Source: Phoronis australis (lineage: Eukaryota; Animalia; Phoronida). Taken from it: a stretch of DNA of 64,000 nt. Positions 35,524 through 48,335 of the stretch are shown here, one piece after another. Position 1 is the stretch's first letter; each line of letters opens with the position of its first letter. The translations under genes and the position numbers were made by a program. The stretch is taken from assembly GCA_002633005.1 (NCBI GenBank), contig NMRA01000268.1:192585-256584 (forward strand), written 5' to 3'. A model generated the notes under the pieces. That model had not been told where the DNA came from and did not search any database. It saw nothing but the letters and a program-made list of their open reading frames with translations.

Positions 35524-36744
35524 GTATGTCCAATGCCTGTCTCAGTCTCTTTGTCATGTCATCACGCAAACTATCACCAAAACGGCTTTGGCATAGCTTC
35601 CATGTATCCAATTATATACTAAAACATGTTGTGGAACCCTATTTTGGTTTAGACTCGCCGCGGTTGAACTTAAGAGTTATGTCACACCATTGTACACAAC
35701 ACTTCCTTGGAGATTAGGCACGGAGAGTTGTCTTTTGGTTTTCTTCGGCGCATTATGAAAAATGTGACATTGGCCCAGAACAAGTAAGACGACTTGATAA
35801 GTTGTATAAATAATATGCAACCTCTTTGTTCGCTGAGAATTCTAAATTCTGGGAAGGGTTAGATGACGTTCTTGTCTCAGGTCATTGGAAAATGCATTCC
35901 TTCTATAACTATTAATTTTAAATTCTTAAACGAAGCGTTTTGGAACTGAAAACATTGCCACGCTTATCCGACGACCCTGAATGAGCCGGCAACTTAGGTC
36001 AAAGGCAATGCAAAATCCGCAATTTTAAGGTCGGCCAACCCCAAGCGTTTTCATGAGTCACTACTGGTTTCGAAGTTCTTAGTGGGGACGGAAATGTAAT
36101 TCTTTCACAGCTCGTTCGGGAACGTTATGATACTGATTTTATGACTATGAAGTTCCATTTTCAATTTTCGTTTTTAGCCACCTAAGTAAGGCGAATAAAA
36201 CCTTTCAGCAACAGTAGCTGGGTATATTCTTAGTACTCAAAATCCACCTGAAATTATTTTTGGCAATGTCCGTTCGACTTTTGCGCAAACTCAGGATAAG
36301 TGTCTATTATTCTGTGCTTGAGTCATGGTCATGCTTCGCGTGAATGACTGTAAAATCCGAGATTGCACTTGATGCTCCTAACATTAAAGCTTCTTCGTTC
36401 GAGTGTGAACTAGAATTCTCAAGGTTTTACTCGAAATCTCAAGTTTTATGAGAGTTTGTAGCAAGAATCTAGTCGTCATCAAATGCGAATTTGTAGCAGA
36501 CAAATAAACCTTAACATACTGGAGCACATTATAAAAGTTTAGATACATTAGAACGGAAAATGTCAAAAATGTTTTGATTTCCAATTCAAAGGTAAGATAA
36601 TATTCCTGGCCGTGGTATTTTAAGTTCACTATAAAATGGTTAGTTTGAATTTTGTATGGTGGCATTCTGATAGAATTGCTTGCCCAGATTCTAATTCTTG
36701 CTAACCAAGAACCTTCAACACATTGTATGTTTACTCGTCCTTAG

Positions 36745-36903
36745 GTTGCAGAGACGACACGTCTGTCAACGTAACCAGTGAGAACGGTTGCGTCACATAT
36801 TTTCTCGACAAAGGACAATTTCTGGAAATTAACGCAAGCTCGACTACCTTTCAGCATATTGAATCCAATAAGCAAATTGTTGTGGTGCAATATTGTAAAA
36901 CAG
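36745..36903 (+). CDS. IgGFc-binding-domain protein, exon
   Basis: TAG acceptor, GTACGC donor; CRDDTSVNV..LDKGQFLEI..IESNKQIVVVQYCKT. Confidence 0.88.
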
Positions 36904-37974
36904 GTACGCCCACTGTCAATGTTATTCACATAAGTTGTAACATTTCTCGTTCACGTGCCAAGGGTGCGCGGTGTTCACACGAGGGCTTAGTCTCTCGTGA
37001 GTTTGACAAAGCCAGCCAAGCGACTCCAAACGTGGCACAATCGTGAAAAACCTGAATTGCTTCTTCAGGCAAACATGGGCAGTTGGCTTTGAAATACATA
37101 CGCGTGCTAACGCAGCGATATTGGTACTTTTGAGCCAATAAATCACATTATTTAAAATTATGCTCCCCACGGTAAGAAGGCAGAACTGCCGTCTGTTTTG
37201 CGCCAGACAAACTAGACAATGTCTTGGACTACGATCTGCCTTCTGATCGGACGGTATGTAAATGCTGAAATAGAAAGCTGATTTGTCATCTGGTTTGGAT
37301 TTGGATATGATAGTAGTTCAGATGTCTAAGCAGCGTTCACGTGCGCAATTTATTCAAACGGCAGATCAGACTCCGATCTGCTTCTTTATCGGATTGGCAT
37401 ACGAAAGCTCCATATGTATGAAGCAAAAAATATGATAAAACATGTTGTCGACCTGTTTGGCCTCGCACATACTTATATACACTCAGTTACACTATGGAGG
37501 TTTACAGTCCGATTTCGAAAAATGGGAAACGAACCGAGTGGGAACTGACTTGAAGTGTTGTATTCGGCCGCATACGAGCCATGCTATTGGTCAATGATGC
37601 CCATATTCGCAGTTTCATCAAAGTGCTTAGAGAGGCTCGATGATTCTGGGAATGAGTTTGGTATGACAGACCTCTAACTTCTAATGCGATACAATTACTG
37701 TAATGTTCATGTGTTGTCCTAGACACGTGTACGTACAGTTACGGTAAAGCGTAATAAGATGAATTTTTTTCTCACATTATTTCTCGCATTATTTCATCAT
37801 TGAAAATTATTCGCTGAAAATATTTACTTTCGTTTTTGATAACTGGAGCCCTTATGTAAGCGCTAGGCCTCAGTGTTTTATGAATTAAACCACTTAATCA
37901 TTCGATCCTAGCAAATATATAGGCGCTGATGTTTGCCAATAGTGAAATATATCAAACAAACACAGAAAAGTCAG

Positions 37975-38040
37975 GAACCCCAACTGGGAATCGAACCACA
38001 GGTCTCTAAATTTGCGATCTAGTGCTCTTACCAATGAGTG
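37975..38040 (-). repeat. tRNA-derived SINE-like head
   Basis: Minus strand CTCATTGGTAAGAGCACTAG...GTGGTTCGATTCCCAG (A and B boxes). Confidence 0.45.
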
Positions 38041-38467
38041 ATATATTCGTTTCTAGCGCATTGTTTTTCGAACGCTTTTATCAGTTCAGTCATGTCCTTG
38101 ACAATGGACAAAGGTATGTTCGAAGATCCGGAATTGATACTTCGATGTTCAATTTAGTTGTTTTGCTGTTGTCTACGTTTGTGGTTGGACAATAGTTTAA
38201 TGCGTTAAAATCCGATGGCAAGGTCGCAAACTCAAGATCATAGTACGCTATGCATCTCGTCAGATGTTCAGCACTATTGAAATGTTTAAAGTACATAATC
38301 AAGATTTCAAACCCGAGTCTAACTCAATAGTACCACATTTTAATGCCCAAAGTGTCTTTTGAACAAACAAAAGTGATCTCAACGATAGGTCTGTACCAAA
38401 GACATCGCGAATAAATTTTACGTCGATTTGCACCTGGACAACGATTGACCAACATCACTTATTTCAG

Positions 38468-38946
38468 GAAATGTTGAGCCCACCAACAGCGACCCGTTCA
38501 TGATGGTGCTGCCGTCAGTCGAACAGTATGATAACGCTTATACCACCAGCACCACGACTGGTCTCTCGGGATCATACGATAATTTCGTTACCTTGGTAAC
38601 GCTAACAAAGAATATTGCTGGCCTCTTGATGGATGGGTCGTCACTGAATGACACAGTTCTTGGAGGGTTCAGAGGATCGTACAATTGGACTCACATCCCA
38701 GGCTCAAAATACTCAGCATGTGCTATATGGGTGGAGCACGGCACTCACACGTTTACACATTCAGATCCAACCGCTACTTTCGCAATTTACGCTTACGGAC
38801 ATGCACCAAAGGAAAGCTATGGTTTTTCTGGCGGTTTCAGAATGGCGCCATTGTATGACTTCTGTGTAGCTACCAGCATGACACCTGGCGACGGGTTGGA
38901 TAATGACTGTGACGGGAGAGTAGATGAAGAGTTGTGGAACGATTTA
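38468..38946 (+). CDS. IgGFc-binding-domain protein, exon (end of domain + acidic metal-binding motif)
   Basis: CAG acceptor, GTAAGT donor; DPFMMVLPSVEQY..Y..GTHTFTH..FAIYAYG..ESYGFSGG followed by CVAT..GDGLDNDCDGRVDEE. Confidence 0.93.
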
Positions 38947-39201
38947 GTAAGTGCTCCATTTTCTAACCATTGCCTTACTGTAGCAAATGAAGCAAGTCAC
39001 TTTTAGTAATTCTTGTTTCAGAATACTTTGGATTCGATTATCATTAGAAATAGAATTTATCAGAAAGGAATGTCCGTAAAATGAATAGTATAACTCCAGG
39101 TTTACCACGTCAAAGGTCCATTAATTTTGGTTACAGGTAATTTACATGTATCATGTCTCGTTTTATGTTTACTTTCCATTTAATAGAGTGCAATGTTTCA
39201 G

Positions 39202-41058
39202 GATGACGATGGTGACGGAACGACTGATGAAGACCTCGTCCAAGATGGCGATTATAACTTAACGTCTTCTTCGTCATCTTCGTATGTAACAGTTCATGCA
39301 ATCACTTTAATGACAACGACAGAAACAGAAAACTCTGTTACACTTTTATCTACTCCATCAAATCGTGAGTCACAAGATTCAAGTATCCAAACAACTACCA
39401 TAAGTAACAATCCATTGCCAAGCACAATATCGGAGTCTGCGGCTTCACAAATATTGTCACCAACACTGCCAGCGGACGAAAGCGCGATTTTTCCGACAAG
39501 TTCTACTGTCCCGAGTAATGAGTCGCCTAAAGAATCAACAGTGACAGTTGAGGTTTCAGGCTCCACACAAGCTTCGTCGGTTTCTTCGTCCTCCAAAGAC
39601 ACTTCGAATTCAGACTTCTCCTCCTCGTCGACACTCAAAGAAGCGACGAGTCTATCTACCACAAAGTCTTCAGCCATTGTCCAGTCTTCAACGACAATCG
39701 AAATAAGTGACGACACAATTATTCAAACAGAGAGACTAACAACTAGTTCGGCGACAGCTCCTGGTGCTATGTCAACGTCGTCGTATAGTGTTGTCTCTGT
39801 TCACACTAATTTTTCCCCAATGGAATCCCCCAGTCTCACTTCTGCCGTTGGTCCCGGCACTGCAGTAACTTCGTCCTCGTACATTACAACGTTCACTTCT
39901 AATAACCTGGTTGCAGGAACTGCTGAGGAATCCACAAAAGTAACGTCAACGGAAAATGAACAAACTATATCTCTAGAGTCTTCCCTTGGTAATACCCGTT
40001 ACAACGTAACATACTCCAGTGTAAAAGAAAGCATGCTAAGTACCACTCAAGAAGAAATTTCAGCGTCGCTTGCAAAAGCGCAATCAAATTCCGTAATTAT
40101 CAATTCAGACTCGTTTTCAGTAGCGACATCCGTGTGGTCAAATGGTTTGTTTTTCTCTTACGAACATCGACAGACGCCCAGTAGTGACAAAGTTCCCAGT
40201 GAATCCATGACACTGCACAGTGGCAACGTTTACGATACTTTGGTCAGGTTGTCTTCAAAAACTGGTTCGCCCATTTATACCTCTGATGAAACACTTTCCC
40301 CGTTGAAAGCGCTCACTGACAGCGTGTTGTCTCATGTGACAAAGCCTTCCGGACCCTCTGCATTCACTGTAAAAGATACGATGTCCATGCATGAGCCTGG
40401 TTTAAAGCCATCGCCTGCAACAAGTGGCGACAGTAGCGTTGACTCACCAATAGAAATACCTAAAAATACCGAATGGCCATCGTCCTTGTTTTCGACTACT
40501 TCGTCACATGGTGACCCCTCTGCAGGAGCAATGACTACGACGACACGTCGCCCGGACTATGAATCGCCGCTGACAACTCAGAGGGAGGAAAACGGTCGGA
40601 CTCCTGTCCAGAACACACCGCCAGGACAAGGTAGAACGTTGCCACCTCCTGCCGAAGACGTCCTTAACAAAATAAAATCCTCACTTAATATTTCTCTACC
40701 TGGTGACGTCAAATTAATTGATGATATTATCACATTGATACGAGGTTATAGACCTGACGTCATCGACCCAAACGTGATCATAATTGTTTGTACAGTTGTT
40801 CCAATATGCGTCCTTTTGTGCTGTTGTGTATTTTGTTGCTGGTTCTGTGGCTGCAATAAAAAACGGAAGCGGAAACGGCAAGTCCAAAGTGAACTTGCGC
40901 ACGCGGTGGATGACAAGGATACTGATCCGTCCTCGACTAAAAGTGATGAACAACATCCGGACTTGTTTGAAATGAAGGATACGGATAAAAAATGGGCAGT
41001 GGATAGCGATGAGATGTTCATAGATAAAAAACGTGCAGCTGATTTAGGACTGACATAA
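39202..41058 (+). CDS. IgGFc-binding-domain protein, terminal exon: Ser/Thr mucin stalk, TM helix, Cys-rich juxtamembrane region, cytoplasmic tail
   Basis: CAG acceptor; DDDGDGTTDED, ~500 aa S/T/P-rich, VIIIVCTVVPICVLLCCCVFCCWFCGC then KKRKRKR; stop TAA. The seven exons total 3120 nt in one frame (1039 aa). Confidence 0.92.
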   Translation, partial: DDDGDGTTDEDLVQDGDYNLTSSSSSSYVTVHAITLMTTTETENSVTLLSTPSNRESQDSSIQTTTISNNPLPSTISESAASQILSPTLPADESAIFPTSSTVPSNESPKESTVTVEVSGSTQASSVSSSSKDTSNSDFSSSSTLKEATSLSTTKSSAIVQSSTTIEISDDTIIQTERLTTSSATAPGAMSTSSYSVVSVHTNFSPMESPSLTSAVGPGTAVTSSSYITTFTSNNLVAGTAEESTKVTSTENEQTISLESSLGNTRYNVTYSSVKESMLSTTQEEISASLAKAQSNSVIINSDSFSVATSVWSNGLFFSYEHRQTPSSDKVPSESMTLHSGNVYDTLVRLSSKTGSPIYTSDETLSPLKALTDSVLSHVTKPSGPSAFTVKDTMSMHEPGLKPSPATSGDSSVDSPIEIPKNTEWPSSLFSTTSSHGDPSAGAMTTTTRRPDYESPLTTQREENGRTPVQNTPPGQGRTLPPPAEDVLNKIKSSLNISLPGDVKLIDDIITLIRGYRPDVIDPNVIIIVCTVVPICVLLCCCVFCCWFCGCNKKRKRKRQVQSELAHAVDDKDTDPSSTKSDEQHPDLFEMKDTDKKWAVDSDEMFIDKKRAADLGLT

Positions 41059-42566
41059 ATATGCGTCTGAAATGGGCTGCACTCGATTGACTTTGCTCCA
41101 CCGGATCAACCTACAAAGACTTCTTATTGGTTCTCGATCGGATTGGCATAGAACGTGAAAAATAGACTAAATTGCATTAATCAAATTGTACACCGGGTAT
41201 TTTTAAGGTTTATTTGCAAAGCTTTTGAATTTTTGTTGATGTTAGATCATGTTTCCTTCAGTTGAGAATATGAGAAAAAAACTATCTGTCAACTGCTCGT
41301 CACTTGGTCAAGCGTAGCACATTTCCCATATATGGAAAATGTGACCATTGACCTTTGATGAAAACAAAACGACGATTTCAAGCAGCAGCCAGCCTGACTT
41401 CTTTGAGCGCATGCGCATAGCTATCAGAGGCGGAGAATTTGAAAACTACATTGGGACGAAAGAGTTTATATTTCGTCTGTCTCAAAAATAGTGAATCTGA
41501 CGATTTTTTCTAGAAGTTCTTTTTTAAAAGATATTAAAATATCTAAAATGAATAAGTCTTATAGTATCCGGTATTTTTGCTTTTTTCGCGTTCTACGCCT
41601 CTTTAAGAAAATGCTTTAGAGTTTATTGGGGTTGGCCTATCATAAAATTGCGTGCATTTAACAAATTCAGTAAAACAAAATTGCGCGTTTATACATATTG
41701 TATGGCACAGATCTCAGTGAAGTCTCTTAATCTCAAGTCTCTCTTAGTCTCTTAATCGCAAGTCTCTTAATCTTATAAGATCCGTCTTTCCATTCTTTAC
41801 CATGACAGGATTCTATTTCCGTTACTCAAGAAAATGCGTCACCAGCTTATTGCGGTTGGCCGATCTCAAAATTGCGCATACAGAAAGAGCGTTTGTACGT
41901 ACCACCTGTGACTTGTGTTGCCAGCTTTTGCCGCATCAGTAGTCTTATCATGTTCCTAGCGCCCTCTAGACGAGTGATATCTGGGCTCGGAAAGAACTGA
42001 AAGTACGCTATTTTGTCAGACCAAGCTTACGGCGTGACTAGAAATTTCACGAGCTTGTTCTGAAGAAATAATCAATTGTCAGCTCTTTAAAATCCCTGAA
42101 ATCATGTCTAGTTTGATAAAAAATAGGTTTGAGGCCAATTTAATAACGACGAGCGATCTAAATCGAAAGTACGTTTTGTGATGGAAGGCGGGTTAGTATA
42201 ACAGGCGGTACAACTTACCATTAAGTGTGCAGTTTTTGCGCACGCGTATTTTTCCTGACATCCTATTGAATTAAACTGTCATAGCTCAGTTTTACCGACA
42301 TTTGTCAAGAATGCATTAAATTAGTGTCATTTGGCTCTTCTCGATCCATCAGAAATTAGGGCCGCGTCACAAAGTGAAATTAAATTGTCTTGACTAATTG
42401 TGTTCCGTGTACTTTTTAAACTCAATACCATCAGCCTACATCTGGTCAAAGACCTACAGCAAAACAATTTCAATAACAAAACACACGTACGAATATGCTA
42501 GCAGAAGTTTCCATCATCCATTAACTTTAAAATTGTTATATAACACCGAGGTATGATACACCATAT

Positions 42567-42681
42567 ATTTGGGTAAAGTCACGAGTGTACCGCATTTTGA
42601 GAACCAGTTTTCTGTACTGAATAACAGGCGTCAAACTGGCTCTCAAAATGCAATACCCTCGAAAGTGATTTTTACCCAAAT
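42567..42681. repeat. Imperfect hairpin, same style as 191-357 and 22617-22740
   Basis: ATTTGGGTAAA..GCATTTTGAGAACCAGTTT / AAACTGGCTCTCAAAATGC..TTTACCCAAAT. Confidence 0.55.
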
Positions 42682-45600
42682 TTGAGTGGAATTTCAGCAC
42701 ACTGGGTTTCAGAATTTACCTTCAATTTTAATCTGAGATTACACTTGGATTGGTCCATGTATAGTGTATATATTGGTCCATGTATAGTGTATGTATTCTT
42801 CAATCCCCGTCCGGAAGGCACAATATACAAAAAGTGATAGATCTATGCATTCTCAGTAAAGGAACACAACATGGAATTATTAGCTTGATCGGAACTATGA
42901 AACAGGAAAACCCGTTATGTTTTTGTTGATTCCCGACGTCTTGTAGAATTGAAATCGAGGACGTTGACGTTATTAGTTATCAGCTGGACAAAAACGAAAA
43001 ATCAAATTACGCCTTTTACTCTCGTAAAAATCGATTTCATATTATTACCTACCGTGAATGGATTCTATTTCCCTCGTGACCAAGAACATCGAAACTATCA
43101 GCGAATTGAAAAAACTCTTCGGAGTTAATAGGATTGTCCAACCCTAAAATTGCGGAATTCTAAAATGGCACGTGATAACATCGATTGCCTGTAACGGAAA
43201 TAGAATTCTATCAAGGTAAAGAATATTATGAGACAGATTTTATAACAGTAAAGATCTAATTCGTTTAGACAGATAAACAGGGCGAAATATTCGAAACTGG
43301 GAATTTATAGTAGTAAATTAGCTCGGGTTAATCGCTTGATAATCTGAAAGCTCACAAGTCCAAATAAGTCCGAAGGACCATAAGACCGAAGGATCAGAAA
43401 TCTGATAAAAAGTAATGGTGTTCCGAAGGTCCAAAGTACCGAAAACTAGAAAAATATATCGGTGAGCACCGAAAATCACTGCGATAACTAATGCTCAGCG
43501 CTTATTGTCGATCCTTGTTTGTATCGTTTCAAGAGACACTTGCTCATAATGACAACTTGTGACCCTTAGCACCTATGAATCACTGGTGATTTCAACCTTC
43601 GGAGCTGTGAGTCTTCGCGGACTTGTGGACTTTCGGACTAGTGCACTGGTGGATATTCGGACTATCCACGTAGACCCACCGGAAGACGTATATTCGCAGA
43701 GTGTCATACATTTTACCTTTCTAGTCCCCTAAACCTAAGGGTGATCCTATAAATGCAAAATTTGGTAGCGACATCGACATGCAATGAAGACGTATACCTG
43801 TAGTGCAAAGTTTATGGTACTATCGCACCGTTAGTTTATTGTCTGGATAAGTCCAAACGTTCTGAAATAAATTATAATCTGTTTCTCACATAACTTCGTT
43901 TTTGTAAGACGTTTATTTTTTCTTGTAGAGAAAAATCCTCTGACCCATACACATTTTAATTGTGGCTCTGATTTACACCCATTCAAGACGAGACTCTATT
44001 TGTGGAGATTCCCTATCATCACTGTTGTTCATAATTTTGTGATTGCATGGCGACGGTAATTTTGATAATCTTAACTCGTGTTTTCCAGAAACCAATAAGC
44101 TTTCACAAAGTTTCAAACGGATATAAACTCACGCTTTGTTAAATGAAACTAACCTTTGGTTTAGACCACATGTAGTTAGGACATTTGGCTCAAAATTTTC
44201 TTCGGTCAAGTAAGAAGTAATTTGTGGACAAGGAGAGAACACAGAATTATTTTTTGAGACCAAGCTTTACTAGTTGGATTGTCACGGAGGTTTATTTTTT
44301 GCGCCAATTCTGGTATTAAACAATTACGCAGCCATTTCTTTCAAATTCAAGAACCACTATACTACTCATCTCTGTTAGTAACAAGTTAAGATCAGTTTTG
44401 GAGCAGTAGATGACAAAACCAAAAGTTAGATATGTGACGGGACGTTCGTAACTTTACGCTTATTGTTATTCTTATTTAGTTGCAAATGTTCAGTTATTCT
44501 TATGCTAATATCTTTGTTGCGTCTCAGTGCGCCTTTGTTACGTGGTCATATGGGCGCGACTGTATGTGTCGGGCACTTCGCTAGCGACAGGCTTAGGAGA
44601 AGGGTGTTTCCTTCCTTTGCCTTCATGAAAATTGATCGTTATCATGTGCAATTGAACTGAAACGTATGCCTGATGAGAGGAAATACACATTTTTGATGTT
44701 CAGTGGAGACTTGCTTTGTTACAGATAGATTTGTCAAATGCTTGTCATGTCTCATTTTACTAAAAAGAGAAATATTTGAATGTTAGAAAAAATTGAGAAA
44801 ATGTCTTCCAAAAAAATGCCAATTGCTAGTTTTCAAGAGACGATCGACCCCGACGACTCTTTTGTTTGCACAAGACCGAAAACTTTATGTGGCCCATGTG
44901 AATGTGTGGTGAATGTGAGTGATTAGGAAATCTGATAATACTGCAGATAATACGTTTTCATGACAGTTCAATTTTACCGCTTGTTTATCTTGTATGTGAA
45001 TATGACTGAATAAATGTTTTTCGCTTCAAATAAGTCAGTTTCTTTGACGGAACGGGGTGTTTATAATCACTACAACGTAGGCATTCTCGAGAAAACACAA
45101 CTCTTTGAAATCACACACCTTAGCACCATGACAAAAGACTCAAACAAACCAATTTCATCAAAAAACCTCAAAAAGATAGGGGTGGCGGCAAAGTATCACA
45201 TCTGCATGATATTTTATTACCTTAGAAGCATCTAAGCACGTTTAGTTGATGCTTTTCGGCAATGAATGCTTTCATCAAAATCATGCTGATGTTGACAGTG
45301 ATCTGCACTCACTCCAATCGTTTAGTACATTTTGCAAGATTTTTGATAAATGGTATGACGTTAAAATCTGTAAACTTTCAAAAGTTTGCGGGCTTTTTGA
45401 TACTGTTTTTCACAATTATTCAGTAGCTAGGTATGAGCAGGCTTTTCTTTCGAGGGAAACGTGTTCCCTCATATAAGTTCCTGACTTAGTGGTCTGTGAG
45501 TTGATCTAAGTCATGTGACAAAATGATTTAAATACTGACATGAAAACTCACAGAGGAACTGCCAAATTTTTTTTTATTTATGTATTCGTGTATAATAATT

Positions 45601-46336
45601 GTATATAGACTTCTTTGTATTTTTTTACCCAGATCTAATGCCTCTTGGCGCTTTCTGGGTTATGTATATTCATTGTGTTCTGAAGATTTCGTAATAAACA
45701 TTAAAAAAATGCCAAATTTGGTTTGTATGTCTTATTCGCCTGCAATTTGACAAATGAGTAACTGTGTCAATAAGCTATTTAATTTACTTACAAGAAAACT
45801 TGCTTAATATTCCTGGTCTTTATTTTAATGAATATTGGTTACTGATTGTTCTTTTTTAATATGGTGATCATTATTATCGTTAATATTCTGGTTGCTGATC
45901 GTTGGCAAGGGATGAAAAAATATATTAAGTGACTACGTCAGGGGTTTTTGAGCTACGGCTACCTTGTCAATTCCAGTCTGCAACCCACTTTTATCAAAAT
46001 TGTTTAAAGATGACACTCATAACGGTCTTCTAAGTTCCTATAAACTTCAAATAATATGACAGGTAATTGTGAACGCAATCGCACCACTTATAAACTCCTC
46101 TTGATCACCACAATACCCACCCATCCCCAAAGTCGCCGCAATATCCACGCCCNCCCGCCCCTGTCACGTTGGGTTCTAAAAAAGTTGGTGGTCAACATCC
46201 TGATTGAGCAAGTCAAAAAAACCACTGACAGCGCTATGTCAACAATTTTGCAATAGAATAAATGCCACAATAATGGAATCTTTGATATTGTTATATCGTG
46301 AGTGGCGTAACCCATGATACCACATCTTCTATGTGT

Positions 46337-46508
46337 CCCAGCCAATGGTATTACTTCGCCTACTTGGCCCAGCCAATGGTATTACTTCGCCTACATGGCC
46401 CAGCCAATGGTATTACTTCACCTACATGACCCAGCCAATGGTATTACTTCGTCTACGTGGCCCAGCCAATGGTATTACTTCGCCTACGTGGCCCAGCCAA
46501 TGGTATTA
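46337..46508. repeat. 31-bp minisatellite, >=5.5 copies, cut by an assembly N
   Basis: Unit CCCAGCCAATGGTATTACTTCGCCTACRTGG, head to tail from 46337 to the N at 46509. Confidence 0.95.
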
Positions 46509-48072
46509 NCTTGGCTAATTATTGTTTTATGGCCTGGTCATCCATTCAGCCAAAAGTAGTTCCATAGGTGGCTTATCAGCCAATTGTTCACGCACGCTGA
46601 CTCACAATAGAAGCCTGATAAGAGTGAAGGTGGATAAATGCGGTGTTCCTACAGTTTCTTGTGGTAGTGGATGTGTTCACGACATGAGTAACTCATGCTG
46701 TTTTGAAGGATTCGTAAGAACACTCACAAATGAGGGGATACAGATGTCCAGTGACCTAAAAATAAAAGAGCATCAGTCAATAATTGAGATCTCAATTTTA
46801 TTTTAAAAAGCATCACACTATTTGAGAAATATATAAACTGATGACAGTTTTATGGGTTATATGGGAAAATCTGAAGAGGTTGGGATATCCCTATACATGT
46901 AAGACAATGTTTTTCTGGCAAATGAGACTGTTAAGTGCATGGATTGAACGGTTCGCACTTTTTATATCCACTCTAGGCAATAAAAATATGAAACAAATAC
47001 CTTGCCCTGAACATGTTTACAGCATTACTTTTTATATGTTCAGTTAGTATTTTCTGAACTAGCAGTTCAATTTAAGTTTGCCAAGCAGAATATTATTTAT
47101 TACACAGTTGCGGAATATTAGTGGGTATGTAAATTTTGGGAAATTATTTCTGTGAATTTTGTGGAATTTCCGCAGGATATCTGCAAATGTCTACAGGCAT
47201 ATTTGATCCAGGAAAACGCTTGGGAGGCGAATTTAATTTTTCGAATATCTACTCAAATGTTGTGGATTTGGGACAAGTTAAGTACTACTACAGAAAATAT
47301 ATCAGCGACAGTTTCAAAACTCTGCTTACAGAGACAAACAAGGATTAAGATTGTCAAAACACATGTATTTGTGAAGGCTGATGTATGTCCTTGACATCAT
47401 ATGAGCAGTTGGTAATGGTCATTGGGTAGTTATTGCTGTGCGTGAACTTGGAATCCTGCTTAATCGCAAGCAGTGAGTGTTGCATGAACTTGGAATAGAA
47501 TATTCTTTAAGGCAAAAAGTGAAATTTTTGTTCGGTGAAAAGAATTATTGTTGTAATTCTTGTCCTCGTGATCAATCATTTTCTGCTTTACCGTAACTTG
47601 TGTCGCTGAACTGGAGGCATATGTGAATGGCTAAATCGATTATTGTTAGGTGAAACTGATCACCCGTAGTTAAAAAAAGCTGGTTAAAATTGACATTATT
47701 TTTATTCAAATGTAACTTCATTTAGTACAGTGCAAATTTTTCTTTTATGAACATGAACGTGATCATTTGAGTGAACTTGTCAAGTTGCCTCGCGTATTCT
47801 CAAGTTCACGCAACACCCACTTCTGCTTAATCTTGAGATTAAGCTGGATTCCAAGTTCACGTACAGCAGTATGACAATCAGCTGCTATGCTTATATTCAC
47901 GACTTTAGGTCGCTGGTGTGTATTTCCTGCTATTTGAGTCCTAGTGAGGGACACTTCACTTGAGCTGTACGTGTTTAGACGTTTCACATAGCAGATTGAG
48001 CAGAAGCTAAAGTGCATTTTGTTGAATAGTTGAATAGTAAGTTCACGCATACGCGATCTTGAGATTAAGCAC

Positions 48073-48195
48073 TGAAACACTTTGTGTTTTAAGTTAAGAC
48101 AAAGAACGTCGTGGTTGACTCTCTATTCGTGTGTAAAGATAATAACTACATTACATGTGGTCCGTAATACTAGACTTAGGTACGCGTATACAACA
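48073..48195 (-). repeat. 3' LTR
   Basis: TGAAACAC...TATACAACA, adjacent PPT. Confidence 0.92.
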
Positions 48196-48335
48196 TCTCC
48201 CTTCGTTAAAAAAAGTTTAAGTACAATATAAGGTACATTCCAGTAAGTTGTCCATCATAAAGTCACTACGATAACACTAAAGTCCAACTTGTAAACACGT
48301 AAACTAACTATATGTGAGTATATATATAGTGTCCT

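Noticed and set aside
39294-39716. 140-aa antisense ORF and other short six-frame ORFs
   Set aside because: Shadow of the Ser/Thr-rich coding strand, or chance ORFs without splice or homology support.
44668-44690. CTGATGA..GAAA hammerhead-like core
   Set aside because: Only three bases lie between the boxes, so there is no stem II and no supporting stems.
46337-46508. CRISPR-like array
   Set aside because: Units are head to tail with no unique spacers, there are no cas genes, and the context is eukaryotic: a minisatellite.
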